NCBI RefSeq assembly: GCF_009914755.1
Contig: NC_060926.1
Direction: 5' to 3' (one strand)
Length of the DNA: 64,000 bases
From: the human T2T-CHM13v2.0 reference genome, Homo sapiens
Shown: one piece after another, positions 15,175 through 27,330 of the stretch
How the letters are laid out: the number at the start of each line of letters is the position of its first letter
How positions within the stretch are numbered: the stretch's first letter is position 1
Notes under the pieces: model-generated
Seen by the model: only the letters and a program-made list of their open reading frames with translations
The model's database searches: none
What the model was told of the DNA's origin: nothing
Program-made: the position numbers and the translations under genes

Positions 15175-15520
15175 GATAAGCATTTAAAGCTTATAATTTT
15201 CCTCTAAGCACTGCTTAGGTGCAATGCACAAATTTTGATATGTTGTGTTTTTATTTTTATTTACTTTAAAATATTTTCTAATTTCCTTGCTTGTATTAAT
15301 GGGTTAATTAGAAGATGGTTGTCTAATTTTCAAATATCTGAACACTTTTCATGAACTTTCAGTTATTGTTTTCTGTATTTCTTCTGTTTTGGTAAGAGAA
15401 GGTACTCTGTATGATTTCCATTTAATTTATTAAAAGGAACTGCTTTAAGACCCAGAATATGGTCAGTATTTGTGAATACTTCATGTGAACTTTCTGTGTG
15501 AACTGTCTTACAGTTGTTGG
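15175..15520 (-). mobile_element. Ancient L1M ORF2 (endonuclease-region) fragment
   Basis: 'ttcctctaagcactgctt..gcacaaattttgatatgttgtgttt...cccagaatatggtc'. Confidence 0.65.
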
Positions 15521-15546
15521 TTAAAAGAATTTTTAGTTGTTTGTTT

Positions 15547-15637
15547 AGCCAAAATAATTTTGGACAAGTAGAAGAAAATTGAAGTACTTAATACTACCAG
15601 CTTTCAAGGTTTTTATAAAGCTACAATAACTAGAACA
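15547..15637 (+). mobile_element. Ancient L1M ORF2 fragment
   Basis: 'agccaaaataattttg...atactaccagctttcaagg..ttataaagctacaataac'. Confidence 0.5.
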
Positions 15638-15650
15638 CCTTCCTTTCGAT

Positions 15651-15727
15651 TTGTGACAATCAAATATATCTCCAGACATTGCCAAAACTTACAGGATACA
15701 AAATTAAAACTGGTTTAAAACCACTGA
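15651..15727. mobile_element. MER20 (hAT-Charlie) terminal fragment
   Basis: 'ttgtgacaatcaaatatatctccagacattgccaaa...ggtttaaaaccactg'. Confidence 0.65.
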
Positions 15728-16162
15728 TTTACCTACACCTTTCCTTTTTCTTATTTAGAACTTATATACTGTATCTTTTACCAAAAATTTATTTTACTTG
15801 TTTTTAATTTTGTTTGTATCTGTTCATGTAACATAATGATAATTTTGTTCTTTTAATTTGTATTACTGATATTTTTGAATGTATCATTTTTATATTATTT
15901 TCTATGATATTCTTGACTCTTTTTTTGTTATTTCTTTCCTCTTTTACCTGATTAATCAATTTTTAAAAATCTCTTTATTCAAGTCACTGATTTTCATGAC
16001 ATACATTGCATTTTTACCATGCCTAGATACTTGATTTACCAATGCTTAAAGCTAATTATTATCTCTAATCTCTCCTCCAAGAATACAAGCAAGCATTTCA
16101 AGATATTTGAGATCAGATCCACCCACGCATTTTACTTGTGTAATTTGGATTTTAATGCTTCT

Positions 16163-16553
16163 TGCAATAAGTAGAATAAGCCCCTCTTCTCCCAAAGATG
16201 TTCATATATTCTAATTCCCAGAACCTGTGAATATGTTAGCTTACATGGCCAACAGCCCTTTGTAGATGTTATTAGGGATCTTGAGAAGATGAGATAATCC
16301 TGGATTGTCTGAGTGAGCCCAATGTAATCACAAAGATTCTTACAAGTGAGAGAGGATGGCAGGAGAGTGAGATGAGTTGTAATGATGAAACAGAGATGGG
16401 AGTGATGGGATTGCTGGAAGAAGAGCAGGAGTCAAGAAATGTAGGCCACCTCTAGAAGAAGAAAGGAAGTAAATTATTCCTTAGAGCCTGCAGATGCAAG
16501 CCCTACTGATGATGTCATCCCAGTAACACCCATTTCAAATATCTGACCTGCAG
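16163..16553 (+). mobile_element. MLT1D MaLR LTR, 5' part (split by a 3.9 kb insertion)
   Basis: 'cccaaagatgttca..ctaattcccagaacctgtgaatatgtt..gagataatcctggatt..cccaatgtaatcaca..tctgacct'. Confidence 0.85.
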
Positions 16554-16617
16554 TCCCTTCTTAAAACAAGTTATCCATTTGAAAACTGCTGATGTCTTTG
16601 AGATATCATTTCCATAA
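16554..16617 (-). mobile_element. HSMAR2 mariner fragment, inverted relative to the main copy
   Basis: Reverse complement 'ttatggaaatgatatctcaaagacatcagcagttttcaaatggataacttgttttaagaaggga' matches the HSMAR2 HTH region just upstream of the part starting at 19488. Confidence 0.8.
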
Positions 16618-19489
16618 TATGTTTTTCCATAGGTTATTAGTGAACAGGTGGGGTTTCATTACATGAATAAGTTGTTTAGTGGTGATTTGTGAGATTTTGG
16701 TACTCCCATCACCAGAGCAGTACACACTGCACCCAATTTGTAGTCTTTTATCTCTCACCCGCTTCCCACCCTTTCCCCAAGTCCCAAAGTCCATTGTATC
16801 ATCCTTATGCCTTTGCATCCTCATGGCTTAGCTTCCACTTATGAGTGAGAACACGATATTTGGTTTTCCATTCCTGAGTTACTTCACTTAGAATAATAGT
16901 CTCCAATCTCAGCCAGACTGCTGCAAATCATTCCTCTTTATGGCTGAGTATTATTGTATCATATGTATTTACCACAACTTCTTTATCCACTAGTGGAATG
17001 ATGGGCATTTGGGTTGGTTCCACATTTTTGAAACTGCTAAATGTGCTGCTATAAACATGTGTGTGAAAGTATCTGTTTCATATAATAACTTCTTTTCCTC
17101 TGGGTAGATACCCAGTAGTGGGACTGCTGGATCAAATGATAGTTCTATTTTTAATTCTTTAAGTAATCTCCACACTGTTTTCCATAGTGGTTGTACTAGT
17201 TTACATTCCCACGAGCAGTGTAGAAGTGTTCCCTGTTCATCACATCCACACCAACATCTGTTTTTTTTTTATTATTAGTATTTTCTGATTATGGCCATTC
17301 TTGCAGGAGTAAAGTAGTATCACATTGTGGTTTTTATTTGCATTTCCCTGATCATAAGTGATGTTGAGCATTTTTTCATATGTTTGTAGGCCATTTATAT
17401 ATCTTCTTTTGAGAATTGTCTATTCATGGCCTTAGCTCACTTTTTGATGGGATTGTTTGTTTTCTCTTGCTAATTTGTATGAGTTCATTGTAGATTCTGG
17501 ATATTAGTCCTTTGTCAGATGTATAGATTGTGAAAATTTTCTCCCACTCTGTGGGTTGTCTGTTTACTCTGCTTACTGTTCCTTTTGCCATGCAAAACTC
17601 TAGTTTAATTAAGTCCCAGCTATGTTTCTTTGTTTTTGTTGCATTTGCTTTTGGGTTCTTGGTCATTAAGTCCTTGCCTAAGCCAATGTCTAGAAGGGGT
17701 TTTCCAGTGTTTTCTTCTAGAAGTTTTGTAGTTTCAGGTCTTAGATTTAAGTCCTTGATCCATCTTGAGTTGATTTTTGTATAAGGTGAGAGATGAGGAT
17801 CCAGTTTCATTCTCCTACATGTGATTTGCCAATTAACCCAGCACCATTTGTTGAATAGAGTGTCTTTTTTCCATTTTATGTTTTTGTTTGCTTTGTCGAA
17901 GATCAGTTGGCTATAAGTATTTGGTTTTACATCTTGATTCTGGATTCTGTTCCATTGGTCTATGTGCCTGTTTTTATACCAGTATCATGCTGTTTTGATG
18001 ACTGTGGCCTTATATTAGAGTTCAGAATCAGGTAATGTGATGCCTCCAGATTTGTTCTTCTTGCTGAGTCTTGCTTTGGCTATGCGGGCTCTTTTTTGGT
18101 TCCATATGAATTTTAGGATTGTTTTTTCTAGTTCTGTGAAGAATGTTGGTGGCAATATTTTAATGGGAATTGCGTCAAATTTGTAGATTGCTTTTGGCAG
18201 TATAGTCATTTTCACAATATTGAGTCTACCCATCCATGAGCATGTGATGTGTTTCTATTTTTTTGTGTCATCTATGATTTCTTTCACCAGTGTTTTGTTG
18301 TTTTCATTGTAGAGGTCTTTCACCTCCTTGGTTAGGTATATTCCTAAGTATTCTATTTTTTATTTTTTGCAGCTATTGTAAAAGGGGTTGAGTTCTTTAT
18401 TGGATTCTCAGCTTGGTCACTGTTTTTGTATAGAAGAGCTACTGATTTGTGTACATTAATCTTGTATCTGGAAACTTTGCTAAATTATTTTATCAGTTCT
18501 GGGAGCTTTCTGGAGAGTATTTAGGGTTTTCTCAGTAAACAATCATATCATCAGCAAATGGTGACAGTTTGACTTACTCTTTACCAACTTGGATGCCCTT
18601 TATTTCTTTCTCTTGTCTGATTCCTCTAGCTAGGATTTCCAGTACTATGATGAAGAACAGTGGTGAGAGTGGACAACCTTGTCTTGTTCCAATTCTCAGA
18701 GGGAATGCTTTCAACTTTTCCCCATTCAGTATTATCTTGGCTGTGGGTTTGTCATAGATGGCTTTTTATTACATTGAGGCATGTCCCTTGAATGCCAATT
18801 TTGCTGAGGGTTTTAATTATAAAGTGATGCTGGATTTTGTCAAATGCTTTTTCTGCATCTATTGAGATGATCACGTGATTTTTGTTTTTGATTCTGTTTA
18901 TGTGGTGTATCACATTTGTTGACTTGTTTATGTTAAACCATCCCTGCATTCCTGGTATGAAACCCACTGGATCATGGTGGATTATCTTTTTGATAGGTTG
19001 TTGGATTCGGTTAGCTAGTATTTTGTTAAGGATTTCAGCATCTTGTTCATCAGGGATATTGGTCTGTAGTTTTCTTTTTTGGTTATGTCCTCTCCTGGTT
19101 TTGGTCTTAGGGTGATATTGGCTTCATAGAATGATTTAGGAAGGGTTTCCAGTTTCTCTATCTTGTGCAATAGTGTCAATCGGATGGGTACCAATTCTTT
19201 TTTCAAAGTCTGGTAGAACTCTGCTGGGAATCTGTCTGGTCCTGGACATTTTTTTCATTGGTAATATTTTAATTACCATTTCAATCTTGCTGCTTGTTAT
19301 TGCTCTGTTCAGGGTATCTAATTATTCCTAATTTAAGCTAGAAAGGTTGTATCTTTCCACAAATTTATCCATCTCTTCTAGGTTTTCTAGTTTATGCACA
19401 CAAAGGTGTTCATAGTAGCCTTGAATGATCTTATGTATCTCTGTGTTGTCAGTTGTCATATTTCCCATTTCATATCTAATTGGGTTTAT
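16618..19489 (-). mobile_element. L1PB1-like LINE-1, 5'-truncated (ORF2 RT to 3' UTR), degenerate
   Basis: ORF2 peptides on the minus strand (17424, 18015, 18752, 19015); L1PB 3' UTR 'tagtggtgatttgtgagattttgg..cccatcaccagagcagtacacactg'. Confidence 0.93.
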
Positions 19490-20436
19490 GAAGCTCACAG
19501 CAGCAGATCATTCTGATCAATTTGTGAGGAAAAAAATAATCTTGTTCATGCCCTAATTGAAGAAGCCTGAAAATTTGCAGCAGAACCATTAGCTAACACT
19601 GTAGACATCTTGATTGGTTCAGTTTACATAATTCTGACTGAAAAATTAAAGTTGAGCAAAATTCCACTGGAAGGATGCCCAAACCATTGTACCCAGATCA
19701 GCTGCAGACAAGAGCAGAACTTTTAATGGAAATTTTAAACAAGTGGCATCAATATCCTGAAGCATTTCTTCAAATAATTGTAACAGATGAAACATGGCTT
19801 TGTCAGTACCATCCTGAAGACAAAGCACAATGAAAGCAATGGCTACCAAGAAAGGGAAGTGTTCCAGTCAAAGCAAACGTGGATCAGGCAAAGGTCATGG
19901 CAACAGTTTATTGGGAAGCTCAGAACATTTTGCTTGTTGAGTTTGATGTTCTTAAAGAATAAGAACATCTGCTTATTATGAAGTGTTGTAAGAAAGTTAG
20001 CTAAAGCTTTAGCAGAAGAATGGCCAGGAAGCTTCACCAGCAGGTCCTTCTCCACCGTAACAATGCTCCTGCTCATTTCTCTCATCAAACAAAGGTGATT
20101 TTGTGAGAATTTTGATAGGAAATTGTTAGGCATTCACCTTATACCCCTGATTTGTTTCTCTCTAACTTGTTTTTGTTTGCTGACCTTAAAAAGAATCTTT
20201 AAAGAGCACCCAATTTTCTTCAGCTAATAATGTAAAAAAAAAAAAAACAAAAAAAAACCCTGCATTTACTTGGTTAAATTCGCAGGCCCTTAGTTCTTTA
20301 AGAATAGACTAAATGGCTGTTATAATTACTTACAAAAGTATCTTGAGCCTGATGGAGATTATGCTGAGAAATAAAATTTAGTTTTTAATTTTATCTTTTA
20401 ATTCCATTTTTCCACAAACTTTTTGAAATCCCCTCA
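19488..20436 (+). mobile_element. HSMAR2 mariner DNA transposon, 3' three-quarters, transposase pseudogene
   Basis: Decayed mariner motifs IVT-DETWL (~19777), NNAPAH (~20058) and HSPYTPDL (~20131); right TIR 'tccacaaactttttgaaatcccctca'. Confidence 0.92.
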
Positions 20437-20478
20437 TGTGTAAAACCTACAGCAATTATCATACTTAATAGTAATTTA
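20437..20478 (+). mobile_element. Short old L1M ORF2 fragment flanking HSMAR2
   Basis: 'aaaacctacagcaattatcatacttaatag' resembles the L1 [10 protein letters not shown]-coding sequence. Confidence 0.45.
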
Positions 20479-20571
20479 AAAAATCTGACCTCCTGAATTA
20501 TAATAAATTTATGTTGTTTAAGCTACTAAGATTTTAGTAACTTGTTACAGCAGCCATAGGTAGATAATAAA
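20479..20571 (+). mobile_element. MLT1D MaLR LTR, 3' part
   Basis: 'tctgacctcctgaa..ataataaatttatgttgtttaagctactaag..taacttgttacagcagccatagg' continues the LTR broken at 16553. Confidence 0.85.
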
Positions 20572-20579
20572 TGACACTG

Positions 20580-20940
20580 AGTCTATATCAATTCCCATTC
20601 CAAACCCAATACTTACCATTTTTACTTTTGTCATTTTAAGTTTAGTGTTGTTCATGCTTACACAATTGTATTTTGCATCACACTGTGACATTTTGGATTC
20701 AGTTTCATTTGTCACTAAGAACAGCCTCATGTAGTACTTTGAGTGAAGGTCTTTGTGTGGTGCCATTCTATTCATTTTTTTGTGTAAAATCATATTTATT
20801 ATGCCTTAAACCCAAGTGAGAGATTTATCTGGGTATAGAATTCTGTTTTCTCCAGTGCTATCAATATATTACTCCTTGTCTTCTTGCCTATAATGTGGCT
20901 TTTGGGAGATAATTAGTCATAGTGTAGCTCTTACTTTTGT
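20580..20940 (-). mobile_element. Ancient L1M ORF1-region fragment
   Basis: 'atctgggtatagaattct..tattactccttgtcttcttgcc'. Confidence 0.45.
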
Positions 20941-21339
20941 TCTCCTATAGATTGTTTCTTTCTACCTTTTTTAGTTAATTAGCTACTAATTCAACTATTT
21001 CCTTTTATAGTTAATTAGCTACTAGGGAAGCTAATTAACTGTAAAAGTCATTCTCTTATGTAATTTTTTTAAAAAACAGTACTCTTGGAGTAGAATCACT
21101 TAACACTGATTTTAAAAATTCTATTGACAGCTAGTGCCTCAGGCACAAGTTTGGGGTTTTTCGTTTGTTTGTTTTTTGTTTTGGCTTCTTTAATTCTTTA
21201 TTCTTAGCTATAGTACACATTTCCATATTACTGCTTATTTCTAGTGTCATTCTAAACAATTATTGTAGCTCATTTAGTTGGTAAACATATTTTATTCTCT
21301 ATTTACATCCATAAATTTGAAGCACTAAAATATATAGTG

Positions 21340-22514
21340 TGTTTTGTCTATAATATTAATTTAGGTATTCTTGAATTTTTTCCTGATTATTCTGGCTAAA
21401 AGTTAATAAATTTGACCTTTTCATGTAACTACCTTTTGATTTCACTGATCTGTATTGTTTTTTGTTTTATCTATTTTTACCCTGATCTTTATTATTGTCT
21501 TTTTTCCATTTCCTTTGGGTTTAATTTGTTCTATATCTATTTTCTCAAGGTAGACAGTGAGGACTTTCATTTGAAATTGTTCATCTTTTCTAATACAGAT
21601 GTTTATTGCTACAAATCTTCCATTAATTACTGCTATCTTTTAAATATATTTTCATACCTCTTTCTAACTTTATGAACATGGGGAACACAGTCAAAATTGT
21701 TTTAATAGCCTTGGCTGCTAAGGTTGATTTTGTGTCAGTTCTAAGTCAGTTTCAATTGATTAAATTTTCTTCTCATTATGGTGAGAATGCTTGGCAACTT
21801 TTGCTACTTTGTATGCTTGGCAATTTTTGATTGAATGTCAGACATGGTAAATTTTAACTTCCTAGCTGCAGAGTATTTCTGTTTCCCTATAAATATTCTT
21901 GAGATGTTTTGGGCTGTGGTTAAATTACTTAGGTACAATTTGATTTGTGTGTGGGGATGGGATCTAACTTAATATTTGTTACATAGAACTAGAACAGTAC
22001 TGGACTAGAGCTCATTATTCTATAAGACTACTATAAGACAGTTCTGTGTACTCTGCTCAATGCCTACGTTCAGTCTGTCTGAAATTTTATTTTCGGCCTT
22101 ATTAGAAGCATGTTACCACTAAACCTTTTGGATTTTCTCTCTATCCTTGAGTAGTTTGCTCACATACATATCAATACTGATCAGTACTTAACTGAACTAT
22201 CCAAAGGGTCCATTTGTCCATCTCCAGAGTTGTAGCTTTGTGCAACACTCTGCTTTGCAGTACTCTGTTTTGTGGACCGTAGCCGCTTTGGTGTCCTTGG
22301 ACACTAAACTCTGTCTTCTCAACTCATGGTGTCCACTAGGCTCTGATTGGATTCTCCCTTCTTCTATTGAACGCTCAAAATTCTCTCAAGGCTGCAAACT
22401 ATAGTATCATAGGGATCACTTCATTAGCTTTTTGTCGTTGTTGATGTTCATTTGTTTTAATAGGAGGCTAAATTTAGTCCCTATCACTTCATCTTAGCTG
22501 AAAGGAGAAGTTCC
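21340..22514 (-). mobile_element. Ancient L1M/L1MC fragments (ORF2 piece plus 5' region)
   Basis: 'ctgatctttattatt..tttgggtttaatttgttct'; 'atttttgattgaatgtcagacat'; end 'aaatttagtccctatcacttcatcttagctgaaaggagaagt'. Confidence 0.55.
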
Positions 22515-23339
22515 ACTTTTAATAAATCTTAAGATGTTTTAATTAAGTGCCAAATTTGATTTCCTGTACGTATGTAAAATAATCTTTGCACTTTTTATTA
22601 TAATATAAATCTAGTACATGTTGCTTTATTTTTAAATTCTTCCTCGGGATTTTAAAGTTCTAAGAAAATATTTTGCCATTTAAAATGACTTAGGAAGGTA
22701 TACAAGGGCAATTCATTATTTAATAACTACAATTATACTTTATGTGTGAATACCTCTGTTCATATAGTCACCCACTGTAATTTACAGGAAAAAGTGCAGA
22801 GTTAATAGCAGGAGAAAGAAAAGATAAAACTCAACTCAAAAAATTTTATTCTGTAACATAATAATGTTAATTCATAAGAGTATATTAACCTGCTATCTGA
22901 TCATTAAAGTTGTTGTTTGTATGAAACTGTTTTCTTTAAAAATACACAAATGCAGGGTCAGAGACCTATACAGGACTTCATCTCTCCCTCTTCTTTCATA
23001 AGATCTGAATTCCAACATGATAGATTTTTTTGGACCATAAAAAGATACTTGTTCTTAAAAAATTACTATTAAACATGTAAACTCCAACTGAAGGTTTAAA
23101 TTTTGAGTCTTTATTGGTTCACACTTAACAGTGATGATAAGGTCTTGTGGCAACAGGATACCAGTTGCCAAAGGTCAAAGGAGTCAGTTATAAACAAAAG
23201 AAACTAGGTAGTGTTGGAAAATAGTAAATCAAATTATTTTCATAGCAACTTATAAAGTCAGTTTAGTTTATCTTTTAATTAACAACTGTACTGCAGAACT
23301 ATTTTATTTTTTGCTGTGCAACTGTTACTCAATTTGATA

Positions 23340-23632
23340 TAGTCATTCCTCAGTATCTTTGGGGAATTGGTTCCAGGACCCTCATTGATACCAAAATCAG
23401 CAGATGCTAAAGTCTCTTACGTGAAATGGCATAGTATTCGCATATAACCTATGCAAACCTCCCATATACTTTAATTATCTCTGGATTACATATAATAGCT
23501 AATGTAATGTAAATAGTTGTTATATTATATTGATTTATATTCTTATTTTTATTTTTGTCTTTTTTTCAGATATTTTCTATTTGTGGTTGGTTGAATCTGC
23601 AAATGAGGAATCTGTGGATATGATGACTGACT
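23340..23632. mobile_element. MER2 (TcMar-Tigger) MITE
   Basis: Left TIR region 'agtcattcctcagtatctttggggaattggttccaggac'; right 'ttggttgaatctgcaaatgaggaatctgtggatatg..tgact'. Confidence 0.88.
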
Positions 23633-24004
23633 ACTTTTAAGGTTTGAGGCTATTTTAGCCTCAGTAACTGCAGTACAAGGGTATTTATCATCAAATTTTA
23701 CTTTGAGAAGAAAATTATCTGCTCATTTTCTGACACCTTTCTCTAAGAGGCTTCAGCTATCAGAGAGATGTTTGCTTTAGATAGGTTCTATCTAAAATGC
23801 AGTATCTCATTCACTGTGGTAAACCTGCTACTTCCACACAAATGTCTTTTCAGCAGAAAATAACAGTAAAATCCTTATCTAGCCCAACACATAGTGTCTT
23901 TCTAACATAGCCAGTAATTAAAGTTAACTTAAATAAAATGAGAAAAATATAATTACAAATGAATATAATTGGTAGCACAAATTTAGAGGAGAAAGTGCTG
24001 CCTA

Positions 24005-24946
24005 GCAAACAGGTATATGAAAAAGTGCTCGACATCATTAATCAGTAGAGAAATGTAAATCAAAACTACAATGAGATATCACCTCACTGCAGTGAAAATG
24101 GCTTTTATCCAAAAGACAGATAATAACAAATGTTGGTGAGGATGTGGAGAAAAGGGAACCCTTGTACACTGTCAGTGGGAATATAAATTAGTACAATCAT
24201 TATAGAGAACAGCTTGGAGGTTCCTCAAAAAACTAAAAATAGAGCTACCATTTGATCCAGCAATCCTACTACTATGTATATACCCAAGAGAAAGGAAATC
24301 AGGATATCAAATACACGTCTGCACTCTCATGTTTATTGCAGCACTATTCACAATAGCGAAGATTTGGAAGCAACCTAAGTGTCCATCAATAGATGGATGG
24401 ATAAAGAAAAGGTGGCACATATACACAATGGGGTACTATTCAGCAATAAAACATTATATCTTGTCATTAGCAACAACATGGATGAAACTGGAAGTCATCA
24501 TGTTAAGTGAAATAAGCCAGATACAGAAAGACAAACATCACATGTGGATGCTAAACATCATCTGTGGACACTAAAAATTAAAATAATTGAATTCATGGGA
24601 ATAGAGAGTAGAAGGATTGTTACCAGGAGCTAGAAAGGGTAGTAGGGACTTAGGGGGTGATAAGAATGATTAATGGGTAAAAAAAAAAAAAAAACATAGA
24701 AAGAATAAATAAGATCAAGTATTTGAAGCACGATAGGGTGACTATAGTCAACAATAACTACATTTTAAAATAAGCAAAAGAATATAATTGGCTTGTTTGT
24801 CACACAAAGGACAAATGCTTAAGGTGACGGATACTTCATTGATCCTGATGTGATTATTACATATTGTATGCCTCTATGAAAATATTCCATATACTCCATA
24901 AATACATACATCTACTATGTAACCACAGAAATTAAAAATTAAAAAA
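24005..24946 (+). mobile_element. L1MA2/L1MA3-like 3' end
   Basis: End of ORF2 plus 3' UTR 'cacaaaggacaaatgcttaaggtgacggatac..tgatgtgattattac..ctactatgtaaccacagaaattaaaaatt'. Confidence 0.9.
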
Positions 24947-25830
24947 GAAATACTACCCAGACTAGCATTCCAATTCTCCAGCAGTACATGATATTTCTAA
25001 ATATATTTTATCAGTGAATATAAATGATGAGAGTCTTTCCTTACAGTTTATTATTAAGTAAGAGCTCCACTAAAATCAGATTTTCTGATAACATCAAATT
25101 TGAACGAATTTTTCTTCATGTTGGATTCAGGTAGTTATTTACTTTCTCCATTTAATATTGCTCTTATACTTTGTACTGCTAAAATATCATGTGTTTTATC
25201 AACAAAGAAAAATTTGAAGGGCCTTAAAATGCACTTTATTATTTTTTATGTAAACATTTCTCTTTTATCTTTTGCATGACATATTCTCTCTACTCAGAAT
25301 CTCAGAAAAAAATGGATGACATGGAGAAATCATCAGTGCATACAAAATATGACAGTCATCATTTAAAATTCAAAATCTCTTCAATCTTCCTTTTTAACTT
25401 AAGGATCAAGCAAATTGGTATCACAGCATGTTAAAGTTGTACTTTAATTCATATTAAATGAAATAAAAACACTGGAGGGTGGATTTAAAAGCAGGGAGTG
25501 TCGTAAAGGAAAAAATAAAAAGCTTATGATAGCGGTTCCCTTTCCCCTGTTCACCACCCACAATCACGCCCATCATTATGGCCAAAGCTTTGTAGGCATG
25601 GTTCTCAAAAGCAACCAGTAACCAAGAACCTAGTGCTTTTTTTTTTTTGGCTCCTTACTCAGTTACCTCCACCTCACTCCATGTTCACTAGGAGTGCAAA
25701 TAATGTAAGTATCTTTTAGTGAATATTAATATTAATATTAACTTAATGAGTATGATTTTCTAAATCATAAATTATAAGCAATAATAAAAGCATGTGTGAT
25801 AATAAGACTAGGTAAAAATACCTATGTCTC

Positions 25831-25930
25831 TATATATGTATATATTCTTACATATATAAGAATATTCTTATATATGTAAGCATATATAAGCTTACATATA
25901 TATGCTTATATATATGTAAGCATTCTTATG
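25831..25930. repeat. AT-rich low-complexity tract with perfect palindromes
   Basis: 34-bp perfect palindrome at 25847-25880 and a 14-bp stem hairpin at 25890-25921. Confidence 0.9.
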
Positions 25931-26459
25931 TAGCAGATAGGTTATATTCTATAAACTATTATGACATAGAACTTTTAGATGAGGTTGACAGAAAGATAAG
26001 TAGGATATTGTTTATATATAAAATCTAAGTAATTTCTTTACATATCTTTGAAGAAATCCTCGGTAGTAAGGCTCGAAATTCTTCTTTCACAAGAAGAATT
26101 TCCTCTAAACCACAATTTATTATCTGTTCTGCAAATAATATTTTTCAAAGAAGGAAAATTCAAAAGCAATTTAAAATTATCATCCTTATCTTAAGGTGAT
26201 TCAAAAATTAACTGAAGATATTTACATGATTTTTATTCTGTATTCACTATCTGCCTAAATGATGTGTGGTAAATAGCATTATCTAGTTACATAATTCCAA
26301 ACACCCTGCCTATACTAATTTCACCCACATCACACCATAAGCTATGACATCTCTAACGAATTCTGAGGTACATATGATTCACATATCCCTGTGGCTATTG
26401 CTTTGATTTTAAATGAGCATGGTCATTTAAAATTCTTTCAAATGACGATCTGTTGAATG

Positions 26460-26600
26460 ACTGGTGAAGAATATAGACTCTGGAGTCAAACTGCCCAGGT
26501 TCAAAGACTAACAACTTTATCATTAGTTCCTGTGAAGATTATGTGAGATGATATTCATAAAGTTCTTATAATTGTGCCTGCATAAGTGTTACCTATTTAT
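26460..26600 (+). mobile_element. MIR, internally deleted
   Basis: 'aagaatatagactctggagtcaaactgcccaggttcaaa' joined to 'tgtgaagattatgtgagatgata'. Confidence 0.65.
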
Positions 26601-26649
26601 TTTGTTGACTGACAACATGCTACCAAGGAAAATGTCACAGTCATTCATC

Positions 26650-27330
26650 TCCCACATTTCCACAACCAATCAGTCTCCAACTCATTAATTCTGCCACTGG
26701 AACAGTGCTTCAATTTATCTTTTTTTTTCATTAAAAACACCTGAGTTCAGGTTTTTATAATCTCTTCTATAGAAATCTACAAATTGCTAACTGATCTCCA
26801 GTTTTCTAGCAGCTACATTCTCAAATATATCATTAACAGTTTCATCAGATTCCTCTTCCAAAGTCATGAATAACAACATGAGACTCCTCTTCAGTGATCT
26901 CTTAATGGTTCCCTATCGCTTACAAAAAAAAGTGTGGCATTCAAAGCCTCTGTAATCTGACTCTACATTCTTTTAAACAACAATTTGCTCTTTGCTATAT
27001 TTTAAATCCTACTGTTTTCCCTAAGCCTCTTAAAACTTTTCAGACATTATCCTCAGATATTCTTTTCTCAGAATAACCTCCATTTAAAATTTGCAAATGG
27101 TTTTTAAGGTCCAGCATAAATGCCACTCAGTAGAGAAATTCCTACCTCCTATAGTAGAGACTAAGCATTGCCGCGTTCTACGTCAAACAATTATGTTACC
27201 TGCATCTCTATTATGAAGCTTAATTGATTACATATAGCTTCTCCCAATAGAGCATAAAACCCCTGGGAAGCCATTTTATCATCTTCATTTTTGCTTATGT
27301 CACAGTGTTTTGCACATAATGAATATATAA
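26650..27330 (+). mobile_element. L2 LINE 3' fragment
   Basis: 'ccaatcagtctccaa', 'ctaactgatctcc', 'taatggttccctatcgc', 'tggcattcaaagcc', 'cacagtgttttgcacata'. Confidence 0.65.

Noticed and set aside
19488-20436. Domesticated or intact mariner transposase (SETMAR-like)
   Set aside because: It is HSMAR2 rather than HSMAR1, has frameshifts, stops and an expanded A run at 20235-20257, and lacks the N-terminus.
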